NCBI GenBank assembly: GCA_965263355.1
Contig: CBDHHL010000033.1
Span: 1 to 64,000 of the forward strand
From: Leptolyngbyaceae cyanobacterium
GTDB lineage: Bacteria; Cyanobacteriota; Cyanobacteriia; Phormidesmidales; Phormidesmidaceae
Length of the DNA: 64,000 bases
Reading direction: 5' to 3'
Part shown: piece by piece, positions 29,691 through 39,792 of the stretch
Numbering within the stretch: position 1 is the first letter of the stretch
Layout of the letters: each line of letters opens with the position of its first letter
Notes under the pieces: model-generated
What the model was told of the DNA's origin: nothing
Seen by the model: the letters and a program-made list of their open reading frames with translations, nothing else
The model's database searches: none
Program-made: the position numbers and the translations under genes

Positions 29691-31151
29691 TTGACCGCAA
29701 ACAGTAGTTTCGACCCATCTCAGGCCATTGGGTATTATCGTGTTTCGACGCAACGGCAGGAGCAAGAGGGCCATAGTCCCGAGCGTTATTTAGAGCGTCT
29801 TGAAGCGGTCGGCATTGCTCCTACTGATATTTATTCTGATGCTGAATCCGGCGGCATATTCGAACGCAAGGATTTACAAAAAGCATTAGCCAGGTTGAAA
29901 AATCCTAATAAGAAATACTTTGTAGTCCCGTATCACTCCAGGGGTCATCGAGATATTGGAGTATGGGTAAAAATCAGGGATGCACTTTTAGAAAATGACT
30001 GCGAATTAATCGAGCTGGACAAAGGGATCAAGCCTATCGACCTGACCAGTGCAGCCGGGAACCTGCAAGCTAACCTGGATGCCACATTTGCGCAGCATCA
30101 ACGAGACCAGGCACGAGAACACAGCGTAAAAGGGCACGCATTCAGGCGTAGTCAAAACAGGATAGTTAATCCGCCATTTGGCTATAAAAAGGACAGTGAC
30201 CAGCGGCTAGTAATTAATGATGATATTTTCCCTGGTTCTGACGGGAAAACCTATCGGGAAATTGCTATTGAGATGATTGACACTCTAATTGAGCTTGGAG
30301 GATATCGGGCCACTATTCGGGCAATGTGCGGTCGTTATGGCGAAAAGCATTCCGATAGATGGGGAGTCGCTAAAAACTTCCCTGTCAGTACTAAGGGATT
30401 TATGAGGTGGGTCCAGTCTCCCGTGATTCGTGGTTATCTGGTTGACTTCCCTGGCAAGCCTAATGAGCTAGTCAGGAAGGGAGACCATGAAGCGATTATG
30501 GACCCTGACCGATGGCGAGCTGTGAAAGTAACTGTCGAAAATATTGCCTCTGCCCCTAATCCGATGAACGATGGGAAGCCCAGAAGCAGAAAGCCATTAG
30601 CTGGCAAAATTAAGTGTGGCTTATGCGGCGGCAGGCATAATAATAGCACTGTCCACAGGCAGGGCAAAACGTATTCATATCTGGTTTGCCGTGGAGGAGC
30701 AGAATCAACCATTAACAGTCGAGTGAAAAGGCAGTGCCCTTATAAGAATTCAATTAAAACGGATCAATTCTTCAAGGAAGTGATCTCACAGGTTTGCGCT
30801 AGGGCACTCGACATTGCTCAAGAATTTGCTGAGCCGAACACTGAAGTGAACCCAGAAATAATAAAACTCAGAAACCAAATACAGCAGCTGCAGGCAATGG
30901 CTGATCCAGAACTGAGTGATGTGATTCAGATTAAGCAGCAGCAACTATCAAAGCTAGAGCAAGCCACTGGGCAAGACGTAGATCCAAACGACGTTGACAT
31001 TTACGAAACGGTTGCTGCTGATCCTGAATTCTGGGAAGAACTAGCCCCCAGTGAACTAAGGATAATTCTTGACTCACTAATCAAGCAGGTTGTTGTTCAT
31101 GGGAAACAACTTTCGCCACAACAACGGGTAAAGGTTCAATTTTACCGTTAG
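29691..31151 (+). CDS. Large serine recombinase (integrase)
   Basis: YYRVST catalytic Ser, SGG..RKDL, PFGY, HEAI, zinc ribbon CGLCG..C..C, coiled coil. Confidence 0.95.
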   Translation: MTANSSFDPSQAIGYYRVSTQRQEQEGHSPERYLERLEAVGIAPTDIYSDAESGGIFERKDLQKALARLKNPNKKYFVVPYHSRGHRDIGVWVKIRDALLENDCELIELDKGIKPIDLTSAAGNLQANLDATFAQHQRDQAREHSVKGHAFRRSQNRIVNPPFGYKKDSDQRLVINDDIFPGSDGKTYREIAIEMIDTLIELGGYRATIRAMCGRYGEKHSDRWGVAKNFPVSTKGFMRWVQSPVIRGYLVDFPGKPNELVRKGDHEAIMDPDRWRAVKVTVENIASAPNPMNDGKPRSRKPLAGKIKCGLCGGRHNNSTVHRQGKTYSYLVCRGGAESTINSRVKRQCPYKNSIKTDQFFKEVISQVCARALDIAQEFAEPNTEVNPEIIKLRNQIQQLQAMADPELSDVIQIKQQQLSKLEQATGQDVDPNDVDIYETVAADPEFWEELAPSELRIILDSLIKQVVVHGKQLSPQQRVKVQFYR

Positions 31152-31462
31152 GGTATTTTTTCTCGTAATACTGTTTGGCGCGTTGCGTGAAGATCTCTTT
31201 AGCACTTGTCACCGTCTTCCTCCCAGCTTAAAACAGCGTTCTAAATGCTCCTCAGTCCCCAGCTTTGCAGCTGCCCGCCACTGCTCCGTGCGTCGCCGAT
31301 CTTGCAGGGATATCCAGTAGACGACCATCGTCGTTATCCCAACAGCCAACAGAGCGAATGGCAAGATAATTATCCCGAATATTATTTCCGGCCATGACGC
31401 CCCATCAGGCTCAGGCTCAGGGCGAGGATATTGTAAATTCATTTTGTTTTGATTCCAGACTG

Positions 31463-31720
31463 TCATGCTGCCTCCCGCCGTCGCTGGACAAATTGATTGT
31501 TTCGGCCTCGCGCATCTTTAGTGATTGCCCCCCTTTGGCCATACCAAAACATGAGTTGGGCTGTCGATTGAGCCCCTACTTTATCAACAGCTAGCTTGAT
31601 GTGAGAGCGAATAACAATAGTGGTTATTCCTAGTTTGCTCGCAATTTTTTTGTTATGCATGCCCTGAGCCAGCATTGAAACAATGCTGTGCTGTCTTGGC
31701 GTTAGTTCAAGTGGGTTCAT
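31463..31720 (-). CDS. LuxR-type HTH protein
   Basis: LTPRQ..LAQGMHNKKIASKLGI; start chosen at MNPLEL. Confidence 0.85.
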   Translation of the reverse strand: MNPLELTPRQHSIVSMLAQGMHNKKIASKLGITTIVIRSHIKLAVDKVGAQSTAQLMFWYGQRGAITKDARGRNNQFVQRRREAA

Positions 31721-32733
31721 GCTGTCAATACCTCCCAAATATCCAGTTGTTTTTTGCTTGTAGTTTTTCGACCGTCTACGTAAGCCTCGCCGTCCACAGG
31801 TAAGCAAGCTGGAGACAACCAGAGTGTTTCTAGTTCTCGATTGTTGTTCTCCGCTTTAGTGTTCTGTCCTGCATATCCTTTGCCACATTTCCAGCGCACT
31901 TTACGCCAGTCTCCAGGCATTTCATGTTCACCTTCATAGCCGCACAACACGATCCTTAGGCTAGGGTTTTCCCCGTTCTCCGTGGCCCATTCTCGAACTT
32001 TTTCGCTCACTTCAGTTTCTACTGAGTAAAGATCCGCTCTTAAATCCTGACGATAGGGTGGGTCCAACAAAATCGCTGTAAGCCCTATTTTATGGGTAGG
32101 GGATGGGCCTAAAACCCGTTGCCAGTCCCCACAACAAACACGAACACGCCGCAGCCTGTCAGCCAGTGCATGAAGATACTCAAACAAGTCTCCCTGTTCG
32201 TGGCCACCTAAATGAGGTCTTTTGCGATGGACTCCCCGCCCGTAACGTAAATCGGGTCTTTTGCGATGGACTCCCCGCCCAGTGTCACCTAAATGAGGTA
32301 GCTGCGTTGAAGCTGCCTTATTTAGGTGGCACCAACCCGAACCAATCCAGCAGCACAGCCCCCACACCCACCAGCCAGCAACCTTGGCGTCATAAAAGTC
32401 AGGATCTCTTAGCATCTTTTCCCTGAAGTCAGCACGAGAGATCAGCCAATTATGCCGAGCATGTAGGTCAGCTTCATTGACTGGCTGATCGCACCAATGG
32501 AAAACGCTATCAGGGTCATGCTGCAATGCACGCCAAAAATTGGCGACATAACAATCTAAGTCGTTGACTGTTTCAGTATGTTGCAACGGATCGTACCCTT
32601 CCCGTAACAACACAGTGGCCAGACTGCCCGCGAACGGTTCTACATAGTTTGGGACATCCCCAAACGCTTGCCAGATCAAATGGGCGGCTCGACTTTTCCC
32701 GCCAAACCAAGGGAAAGGTGCTTTAAGCTTCAT
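31717..32733 (-). CDS. Dam-like (D12 class) DNA adenine methyltransferase
   Basis: PFPWFGGKS, YVEPFAGS, VNDLD, LDPPY. Confidence 0.92.
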   Translation of the reverse strand: MKLKAPFPWFGGKSRAAHLIWQAFGDVPNYVEPFAGSLATVLLREGYDPLQHTETVNDLDCYVANFWRALQHDPDSVFHWCDQPVNEADLHARHNWLISRADFREKMLRDPDFYDAKVAGWWVWGLCCWIGSGWCHLNKAASTQLPHLGDTGRGVHRKRPDLRYGRGVHRKRPHLGGHEQGDLFEYLHALADRLRRVRVCCGDWQRVLGPSPTHKIGLTAILLDPPYRQDLRADLYSVETEVSEKVREWATENGENPSLRIVLCGYEGEHEMPGDWRKVRWKCGKGYAGQNTKAENNNRELETLWLSPACLPVDGEAYVDGRKTTSKKQLDIWEVLTA

Positions 32734-33285
32734 GCCTCACCCTCCACAACCGCTACATAGCCTTGCTTCAGTAAAGCCTGGAACCTCTGAAAGTCAGTTA
32801 ACCCAATCGCCCACGCGTGCTTATTTAGCGGCTGCCATGGCTCGGCTGGGTCGTCACGAAAAACTGGATATGCCCTAGCCCCGTCACATTGTTGCCAAGT
32901 TATTTGCTTCATCACGACAAATCCAAGCTCATCTGTACAGTTGTTTCAACATGGGCAGCTCCACACTGCTGCAGCGCCTGAATTTCAGCCATCACTTGCT
33001 TAGGCGTAACAAAGCGCTCGCCTCCGTTCTTTTTGGTGCCTACCCAGTCAGAACAGAACTTTTCAATATCAAAATTCTCTAGCCCATCCTCACCAACTCG
33101 CTCAACCATAAGGGCAAAGCGGATAAAGTGAGCCGTGTTAATCACCCCCTGATCCCACCAGCGGATTAAGTCATACTGGCTTACTTTGATCGGTGATCGG
33201 CTGTATTTCAGCTCGACTTTTTCACTGAGATCTTCATGAGTCAGTTGCCCTGGCACGGTGTCGGGCTCGGTGGTCAATGTTATCG

Positions 33286-33702
33286 TCATGCTATTTTCTC
33301 CAACAAATTTAACTGTCCTGTTCTCTCTGCCTTAACCTGTCGCTTCCGAAATCTCGAACTAGTCGAGTTGTCATACTCCAAATGACACACAGAGCACAAC
33401 GCCTTTAGATTCCCTCGACTGCAATCCTCAGGCTTATGGTTGAGATGCGCCACAGTAAGCACAAAGCGAGTGGGCTTTTGAATCTTCATGAGTCCAAACT
33501 CTTCCGCATCTTCCCACTCTTCTGTGGGCCAACACTCCTCAAGTACGCCATTCCAGTTAATGCGTTGCATCATGCCCTGTAATGACTCTCCAGGCTTACG
33601 ACATGGCCTACCACATTCCTCGCAGCGCCAGTTAGCCTGTTGCTTGACTCCGTGCGCTATTTCCTCCCAGTTGTCGGGGTATAAGTTTCTGTCCCAAGTC
33701 AT
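33286..33702 (-). CDS. HNH-type endonuclease
   Basis: CEECG...LTVAHLNH...NLKALCSVCH. Confidence 0.85.
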   Translation of the reverse strand: MTWDRNLYPDNWEEIAHGVKQQANWRCEECGRPCRKPGESLQGMMQRINWNGVLEECWPTEEWEDAEEFGLMKIQKPTRFVLTVAHLNHKPEDCSRGNLKALCSVCHLEYDNSTSSRFRKRQVKAERTGQLNLLEKIA

Positions 33703-33899
33703 CTAAGCCACCTCACGCTCATAGTTGGCAGAACCCATAAGATCTCGTTCTCAGCCTTCACCAGCTTCGGCCAATGCCATCGCCACAGTTTGGGCTCAAA
33801 GAACTGATAGCGAGTGCCCGTAATCCAATGTTCGTCAAATGTTTCTCGTCTCATGGTTCCTCGTCATTTCACTAACTTCTTTGAATTTGAATAGATCCT

Positions 33900-34445
33900 T
33901 TAGTCTTGAAACACCTCAATAACTTTTCCATCTTCATTCCCTAATAAAAAGCCAACAGTTATTAATTGCACTTTGGGCCTATAAACTGAGCGACCATTCC
34001 TTTTTACTTTTCGCCACCCCCACAGCTCCAATGTCGTGTTACCTGCAGACAACCACAATGCACAAGTCTCTGAATTTTCTTTGAGCTTATTAATATGTGG
34101 ATTCCAGTCAGTAGCACACGCCTGTAATGCTCTGATTTTAGTATTCTTGAAACCCTCAAAATAAGAACTTAAATTGCCAAAAATTTCGCCAGGATTATAA
34201 TCACACTCAATAGCAATTGCATCAAAAATCCCAAACATATCTTTCTTGCATCCACTGTGATTATTGAAGCTTTCAACATCAGCAACTATCAAGCGCTTTC
34301 CCTGATGCCGTGCGATTGCTTTGACTGTTCGCATGGTTTTTATCTTCGTGTTCCCCATCTTACTGAACGACTGCAATGGGGCAACGCAATTAGATTTTAA
34401 CTCTTTTAATTTAGGGTATTTGTTAATATTTAATGTAGCTGACAT
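33900..34445 (-). CDS. Putative PD-(D/E)xK nuclease
   Basis: DMFGIFDAIAI..LQAC..ELWGW; true start may be internal (MGNTK). Confidence 0.5.
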   Translation of the reverse strand: MSATLNINKYPKLKELKSNCVAPLQSFSKMGNTKIKTMRTVKAIARHQGKRLIVADVESFNNHSGCKKDMFGIFDAIAIECDYNPGEIFGNLSSYFEGFKNTKIRALQACATDWNPHINKLKENSETCALWLSAGNTTLELWGWRKVKRNGRSVYRPKVQLITVGFLLGNEDGKVIEVFQD

Positions 34446-35014
34446 TAACTTACCTCCAGCAAATTTAACTGCTGTTTTTGCGCACTTCGTGAATCAGTTC
34501 GTCTATCTTTTTTCTCAAGCACGGCTAAACATTTAACAGGGCACTTAAACAAACGATTAGACTCATTCCTGACTGCTGCCATCGCATCTAACCCGGCACC
34601 TTCTGTTAGTTCGATAACGTGTTTTTGTAAAAGCTCTTCAGTTGTTTTGCTGGCAACTTCACACGCCTTAAATCGTGCTTCAATCTGTTTAATTCGATTA
34701 CGTTTATGGCTATCTTGAGCGATTTTTAACTGTTCGGCTAACCAATCTAAGTACGGACCCATCACTATCAAAACCGTGTCGCCCGTCATTGGCCAGAAAC
34801 TAAATGGCTCTACTTTGCAACGGGGCATCTGTTGGCTAGTGGTGATGTCTACTAGATCCACATAAGCTTGGTGGTTTTCTTTATTGATCATGCGATCAAC
34901 AACGCGATATGGGCGTTCATGACTGGAATCCCCACGGATGCATATCAACTCATCAATGCGCGGAAGGTTGTTTTTGTCTGTACTAAAAAACATCAGAAGC
35001 TCCTTGAGTATTAA

Positions 35015-35307
35015 GTGGCCAGGGTGGCCAGGGGTGGATCACGGGTGGCCAGGGGTGGCCAAAAACTTGAAAGTACTGAGATTAAAGGGCTGTAGCCAGG
35101 GTGGCCAGGGTGGCCAGGTGTCCGGGGTAAAAAAGCAAAGTAGCAGGATTTGATTTTTTTTTTGACTAAAAACGCTCGAAAATTTCATCTTTGTCTGAAG
35201 CTAATCTTTTACCCTGGCCACCCTGGCCACCCTGGCCACCCCCGGCCTGCGGTCGTTCTGGCGATATAGACTTTTCGGCCACCAGGTGGCCACCCTGGCC
35301 ACCTGGC
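35015..35307. repeat. Opposed arrays of the 9-mer GGTGGCCAG; probable replication origin
   Basis: Direct copies at 35015-35120, inverted copies at 35212-35307, around an A/T-rich centre at the helicase stop. Confidence 0.8.
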
Positions 35308-36992
35308 TTTATTTCGGTTCGATGCTCTTTTGTGGGCTCCCACTGAGAAAAAAGTTCTAGGCTGCCTTCTTGGCATGATTGCTTTCTGCAGATAAGGTTA
35401 TTTCGACTTAGCCCTGTTGCAGGATCTTCGTCTTGTTCAAAGACTCCAGAAATTGCTTGAATCCAAGACCATTTAGCTGGCAATCTTTTTAGTTTGCCGT
35501 CGTTGCCCCTTTCTTCAGTCTCACCCGGCTTCGCTCGTCGTCTAGGTGTGTAGTGTTTTGGGATAATGGTTTTCAAGTGGCTAATAAACTTTGGTTGCCC
35601 TTTTGGGGTAAGCGAATGAGCCTTGCAGTAGGCCGTGTACCAATCGTGGATAAGCCCTGGATGGACAATCGGCTCAGCGGCTTTACTGCCAAAAGGAATA
35701 GGAATTAAGCATCTATCAACAAAGCTCGCAACACTGTCACCATGGGTTTTAGATTCGTGCATTGATGTAGCGATACGGTCTGAGTAATCCCATGGTTTTT
35801 TAATGACTTGATTGCGCTCTTTTTTGTCCATCGACAATGCCCACGCTATAATTCCTGCCCTGTTTTCTTCTAATTGATTTTCTAAATTAGGGATCTCTGA
35901 ACTTTCCGTTCTGCGTTGAGTTAATAATGGAATTACTCGTCGATCCCAGCCCCCAGCCGAGTTTTCCAGCTGAAGGTATTCAACTGAAGCGATCGCAAAT
36001 CGTACGTCCCACTGGATGCTATAAGCTGCCGACGAGAACAACGCTCGGCCTGACATGGGGCCATTATCAACAAGTTCGTAAAATGCTTCTAACCCTTTTT
36101 GGTACCCTTGAATGTCTGGAATCACGTAAAGGCTTGCGCCTTGTAGATTTTGATGACGTTTGTCAGCGTCAATAAATTCACTAAATGAATTACCAGACCT
36201 GGCGCTGTCTTCGCCGAAAAGTTTCTGAAGCAATCGAATCATTACTCCTTTACCTGATCCAGATGGCCCAACAATATGAATGAACTTCCCCCATGGAGCA
36301 GTGGGATCTAAGATCATGCTGATAGCAGCGCGCACTATCAGCACCATGTCTTCACCGTAGCTACTAAGAAGAAAATCCATGAAGACCTGAGGGCATTGAG
36401 CGTCAGGGTCGTAATCACATGAAATAGCACTAGTTAAATAATGATCTGGTGAATGCTGGGTAGTTGCGCCCGTACGCATGTCAACAGTGCAATTCTTAAA
36501 TGCCCGTAAATGCTTATTGCTTGGGAGTGATTTTGATAGCTTCGTCAAAATACTTCTCGCGTACTTCAACCCGCTGCTAGCCGCTGAAATAGACCCACAA
36601 TATCTTTTGTATCGAGCATTCTTAGGCCCTATCCACTTGAATGTCTTGTCTGTAGTTAGAGTGATAGCCTTAAGAACATCCTGATCAGGTACAGCCGACC
36701 AGTACCCGTGGTCTCTGTTGTACTGATAGAACGCATCATTTAAGACTGTATAACTCCCTTTCCCGAAACAGCATCGATACAAATGCATATCCATTGTTAT
36801 AGACGGCTTTAACTCATGCTCACTTTCGCTAACTTGCTTTTTTTCTTTTTCTTGTCGTTTTAGTCGTTGATATCGCGAGGCAAATTCTTTGGCCTCGCGA
36901 TCAATTGGCTTGAATTGAGTAGCGTTAAGCCCAGAAATCTTCTGAAGCTCAGCCATATACATCTGCAATTCAGCCGTACTAATTTTTTTCAT
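35166..36992 (-). CDS. D5/P4-type SF3 helicase
   Basis: FKNCTVDM..HSPDHYLT D5-N motif; GPSGSGKG Walker A; WDRRVI. Confidence 0.88.
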   Translation of the reverse strand: MKKISTAELQMYMAELQKISGLNATQFKPIDREAKEFASRYQRLKRQEKEKKQVSESEHELKPSITMDMHLYRCCFGKGSYTVLNDAFYQYNRDHGYWSAVPDQDVLKAITLTTDKTFKWIGPKNARYKRYCGSISAASSGLKYARSILTKLSKSLPSNKHLRAFKNCTVDMRTGATTQHSPDHYLTSAISCDYDPDAQCPQVFMDFLLSSYGEDMVLIVRAAISMILDPTAPWGKFIHIVGPSGSGKGVMIRLLQKLFGEDSARSGNSFSEFIDADKRHQNLQGASLYVIPDIQGYQKGLEAFYELVDNGPMSGRALFSSAAYSIQWDVRFAIASVEYLQLENSAGGWDRRVIPLLTQRRTESSEIPNLENQLEENRAGIIAWALSMDKKERNQVIKKPWDYSDRIATSMHESKTHGDSVASFVDRCLIPIPFGSKAAEPIVHPGLIHDWYTAYCKAHSLTPKGQPKFISHLKTIIPKHYTPRRRAKPGETEERGNDGKLKRLPAKWSWIQAISGVFEQDEDPATGLSRNNLICRKQSCQEGSLELFSQWEPTKEHRTEIKPGGQGGHLVAEKSISPERPQAGGGQGGQGGQGKRLASDKDEIFERF

Positions 36993-37750
36993 GCAGCAGC
37001 ATCTCCCATAAGATATGCGTGCTTAGCTGCTACTCGGATACACTCAGCTCGAAGACGGGAAGGATAATTTGCAAATCGCTTTGACCATTCCCACAAAAAC
37101 TGATCTGGCCACATAGCTGTATTTAATAAATCCTGATATTCTTCAGCAGTGTGACCCAGCTTGAAATATTCACACAATCCACCCTTTGGAAACCCTTCTA
37201 ATTCAGGGACTAATTGAATTTTGCCGTTGCAGTAATGAGCACCTTTAATTAAAGCTGAAGCTACTTTAGGGTTTTTCCAGCCATCGCTATCAAATAATAT
37301 GATTAGTTTGTTGTCAGGTTGAAGGGCTTTAGAAGTGTGGGACACCCCCGCCAAGCACCCTGTCGGAGTGCGGCCATGCAGTGTTCCAGCCCAAGCGTCT
37401 TTAGCACCTTCTGTGATGACTAAGCATCCCTTAGGTAACATTGCTTCCGCACGGGCCTTAATGGGAGTCAAATATTTAGCTGGTTTGCTACCACGCATTG
37501 GTGGATTGTCGCACCTGATTTGAGCAAAGGTTCTAGTAAATGGAAATTTCAACCCAGACGAAGATATGTATTGATTGTTCTCCGCGTCCCAAACCTTGAA
37601 TCCCTCTTTAAGGGATTGCATCTTAGTAAGAGATTTAACCCCGGCTTGCTCCATTTCCCAAATGTGGTCAGGGCTAAATCCTTCTTCTAGTAGATGAGTG
37701 TAGTGCTCTGTCACTAGCTCGGTGTCTAGCGTTTGGGCGATTTTAGTCAT
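36989..37750 (-). CDS. DUF3854-like Toprim primase domain
   Basis: KYLTP, ITEGAKD, LFDSD, KGG; ATGA overlap with the helicase gene. Confidence 0.82.
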   Translation of the reverse strand: MTKIAQTLDTELVTEHYTHLLEEGFSPDHIWEMEQAGVKSLTKMQSLKEGFKVWDAENNQYISSSGLKFPFTRTFAQIRCDNPPMRGSKPAKYLTPIKARAEAMLPKGCLVITEGAKDAWAGTLHGRTPTGCLAGVSHTSKALQPDNKLIILFDSDGWKNPKVASALIKGAHYCNGKIQLVPELEGFPKGGLCEYFKLGHTAEEYQDLLNTAMWPDQFLWEWSKRFANYPSRLRAECIRVAAKHAYLMGDAAA

Positions 37751-37780
37751 GTAACTACTCCTTAACGAGTTTCAGGAAAA

Positions 37781-39727
37781 CTATTCAGCAATAAACAGCC
37801 GATGGGATGGCCGAGTCATTGCTACATACAAAAGTTGATTGCGCTCATATACCCTTTGAAACTTCTCTGTCCCAGGTAGCTGAACCGTATTTACTTTCTT
37901 GTTTGTCAAAATATTCGCAGCATCGACAAATACGTTACGGAAAGTAGAGCCCTGACTTTTATGAACTGTAAGGCTATAGGCATAATCAACGTAGGCAAAC
38001 TGAGCGCGATTTTCATGCCACTCGCGCCATAATTGCTTCTGGCCATTAACAGCCTTTTGCTTCAATTCTTTTTGAGTACGATCAAATTCTTTGCAGCAAT
38101 CCTCATGTAATACAGGGATTAACTTAGATGCCCCATCCTCAAAACGAATAATATCTAAAAACCAAACCTTCCAGCGTCCTTCCATCCCAACGGACACCCC
38201 ATTGACTTCCATCTCAGCAGAAGTACTCAAAATAGTTGTATGACCACCCCCAAATGGGCTAAGAATAGAATAATGGTCTGTAGCTATTAGTCTGTCCCCT
38301 TCAACAAAACGAGGCGCACCTGTGCCACGGATAACAGTTCTAATCATTTTATTTAGCGACGCCACACGCTTGTTGGTATAGGCTAGAACCCTGCAATAAT
38401 TAGGATCTTCTAGATAATTCTCTGAACGAAACAGTTTAATGATTGTTTCGTTCCAACTATCTTGAGTTAGAACGAATAACCCCTCAGATCCATCTTCTGT
38501 GTATTCAGATTCAAAGAATGGTTCGCCTCTGCGTCCAAGGTTGCTACGGATGTTGTCAGCCATTGCAGCGATTGAACCTCGATAGCGCATGACCTCTGAT
38601 AGATGACTGCTGTCATTAATTTCCAAAAAGGCTTTAGACATTGCTTCATTTACTGGCGGCAATTGTGCTGGGTCACCCATAAATAAAATGCGGGTGAACA
38701 TGTTTGCCTCTTCAGCCAAATATCCCCAAAGCTCCTCGTTGACCATTGAGGTTTCATCCACGACAACCAAGTCATAGTCTTGGATCACAGACTCTTCTGA
38801 ATATGACTTCTTGAATCGCTGCCTACCTGTCTCATATTCAATAACAGGTTTCAACCCAAGTAATTTGGCACAGGTGATGCATTCCACGTCTAATCGCCAT
38901 CGATTCACCATGCCTCTTAGAACATTGGCAGCTTTATTGGTAGGCGCTGTAAATACAATTCGCCCTTTATATCCTTCTGCTCTTAAATCTCTTAGCCACG
39001 CCTGGACTAAGCTGGTTTTCCCGGAGCCCGCATAACCTGTAAGCAGGTACATAATCGACTCACCATAGGCAAACTTTTTGAGGTTGCTAAGAGCATTTAA
39101 CTGGCCATCATTGGCATAAATACCAGGCAGCATTTCGTAAGGCTCACTGTCTTTATCAGCAAGTCTTTTAGTCTCTAAATAATCATTCGCCAGACTGTCA
39201 ACCTGTTTAGGCCCAAAAATATCATCAGCTAGATGATCTATTTCATCTAGCCATTCTTGGCTCTCATTGATTTGATCTAAATATCCTGATTCAATAGCAT
39301 ACGCAATATGACCGCATTCATTCCCATTGCTGTAAGCTTCACAGGTGCAGCTAAGCTCACCTTCTCCAATTAGCTCTAACGTATACGGGCCAGTCCCTTT
39401 AGATTCATTCCATACTTGGTTGCCATCAATGCGATAACAATTAATCCATCTTTTAGGCAGAATTATCTCAGGATCAGCTTTGCGTAATTGTCGCCAATAT
39501 TTCCGGCATATCCTCCATGCATGAAATTCTTGCTTAGGGGTCAGACCTCCGTACTGCTTGATAGCCTGTGCTAAGCTATTCCCATACTCTGTGTCAACGC
39601 CATTAAATCCAATGCCATCTATAGTGTGAGCGCCATCACAGCTATTAGACAGAAATAAAATTGCAGACTTGATAAGCTTTGATTGAATATCTTCTTTGGT
39701 TTTTGGTTGCGATTCTTTCAGATACAT
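37781..39727 (-). CDS. RecD/Dda-like SF1B helicase with SWIM zinc finger
   Basis: GYAGSGKT, APTNKAA, DETSM, GDPAQLPPV, TVHKSQGS, YVAMTR; CTC..CGH. Confidence 0.92.
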   Translation of the reverse strand: MYLKESQPKTKEDIQSKLIKSAILFLSNSCDGAHTIDGIGFNGVDTEYGNSLAQAIKQYGGLTPKQEFHAWRICRKYWRQLRKADPEIILPKRWINCYRIDGNQVWNESKGTGPYTLELIGEGELSCTCEAYSNGNECGHIAYAIESGYLDQINESQEWLDEIDHLADDIFGPKQVDSLANDYLETKRLADKDSEPYEMLPGIYANDGQLNALSNLKKFAYGESIMYLLTGYAGSGKTSLVQAWLRDLRAEGYKGRIVFTAPTNKAANVLRGMVNRWRLDVECITCAKLLGLKPVIEYETGRQRFKKSYSEESVIQDYDLVVVDETSMVNEELWGYLAEEANMFTRILFMGDPAQLPPVNEAMSKAFLEINDSSHLSEVMRYRGSIAAMADNIRSNLGRRGEPFFESEYTEDGSEGLFVLTQDSWNETIIKLFRSENYLEDPNYCRVLAYTNKRVASLNKMIRTVIRGTGAPRFVEGDRLIATDHYSILSPFGGGHTTILSTSAEMEVNGVSVGMEGRWKVWFLDIIRFEDGASKLIPVLHEDCCKEFDRTQKELKQKAVNGQKQLWREWHENRAQFAYVDYAYSLTVHKSQGSTFRNVFVDAANILTNKKVNTVQLPGTEKFQRVYERNQLLYVAMTRPSHRLFIAE

Positions 39728-39792
39728 GGCTTACTAGGGTTAACTATCGTTTGAAGGGGGAGTTGTTGCGGCTCCCCCTTTTTATTGAGGGA

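Noticed and set aside
29691..31151. XisF-like heterocyst excision element
   Set aside because: No interrupted host gene; context is a phage
34938..35153. ORF with WPG/GGQ repeats
   Set aside because: Translation by-product of the origin-like 9-mer array, antisense to the operon
35166..37750. Frameshifted primase-helicase pseudogene
   Set aside because: Clean ATGA stop/start overlap indicates two coupled genes
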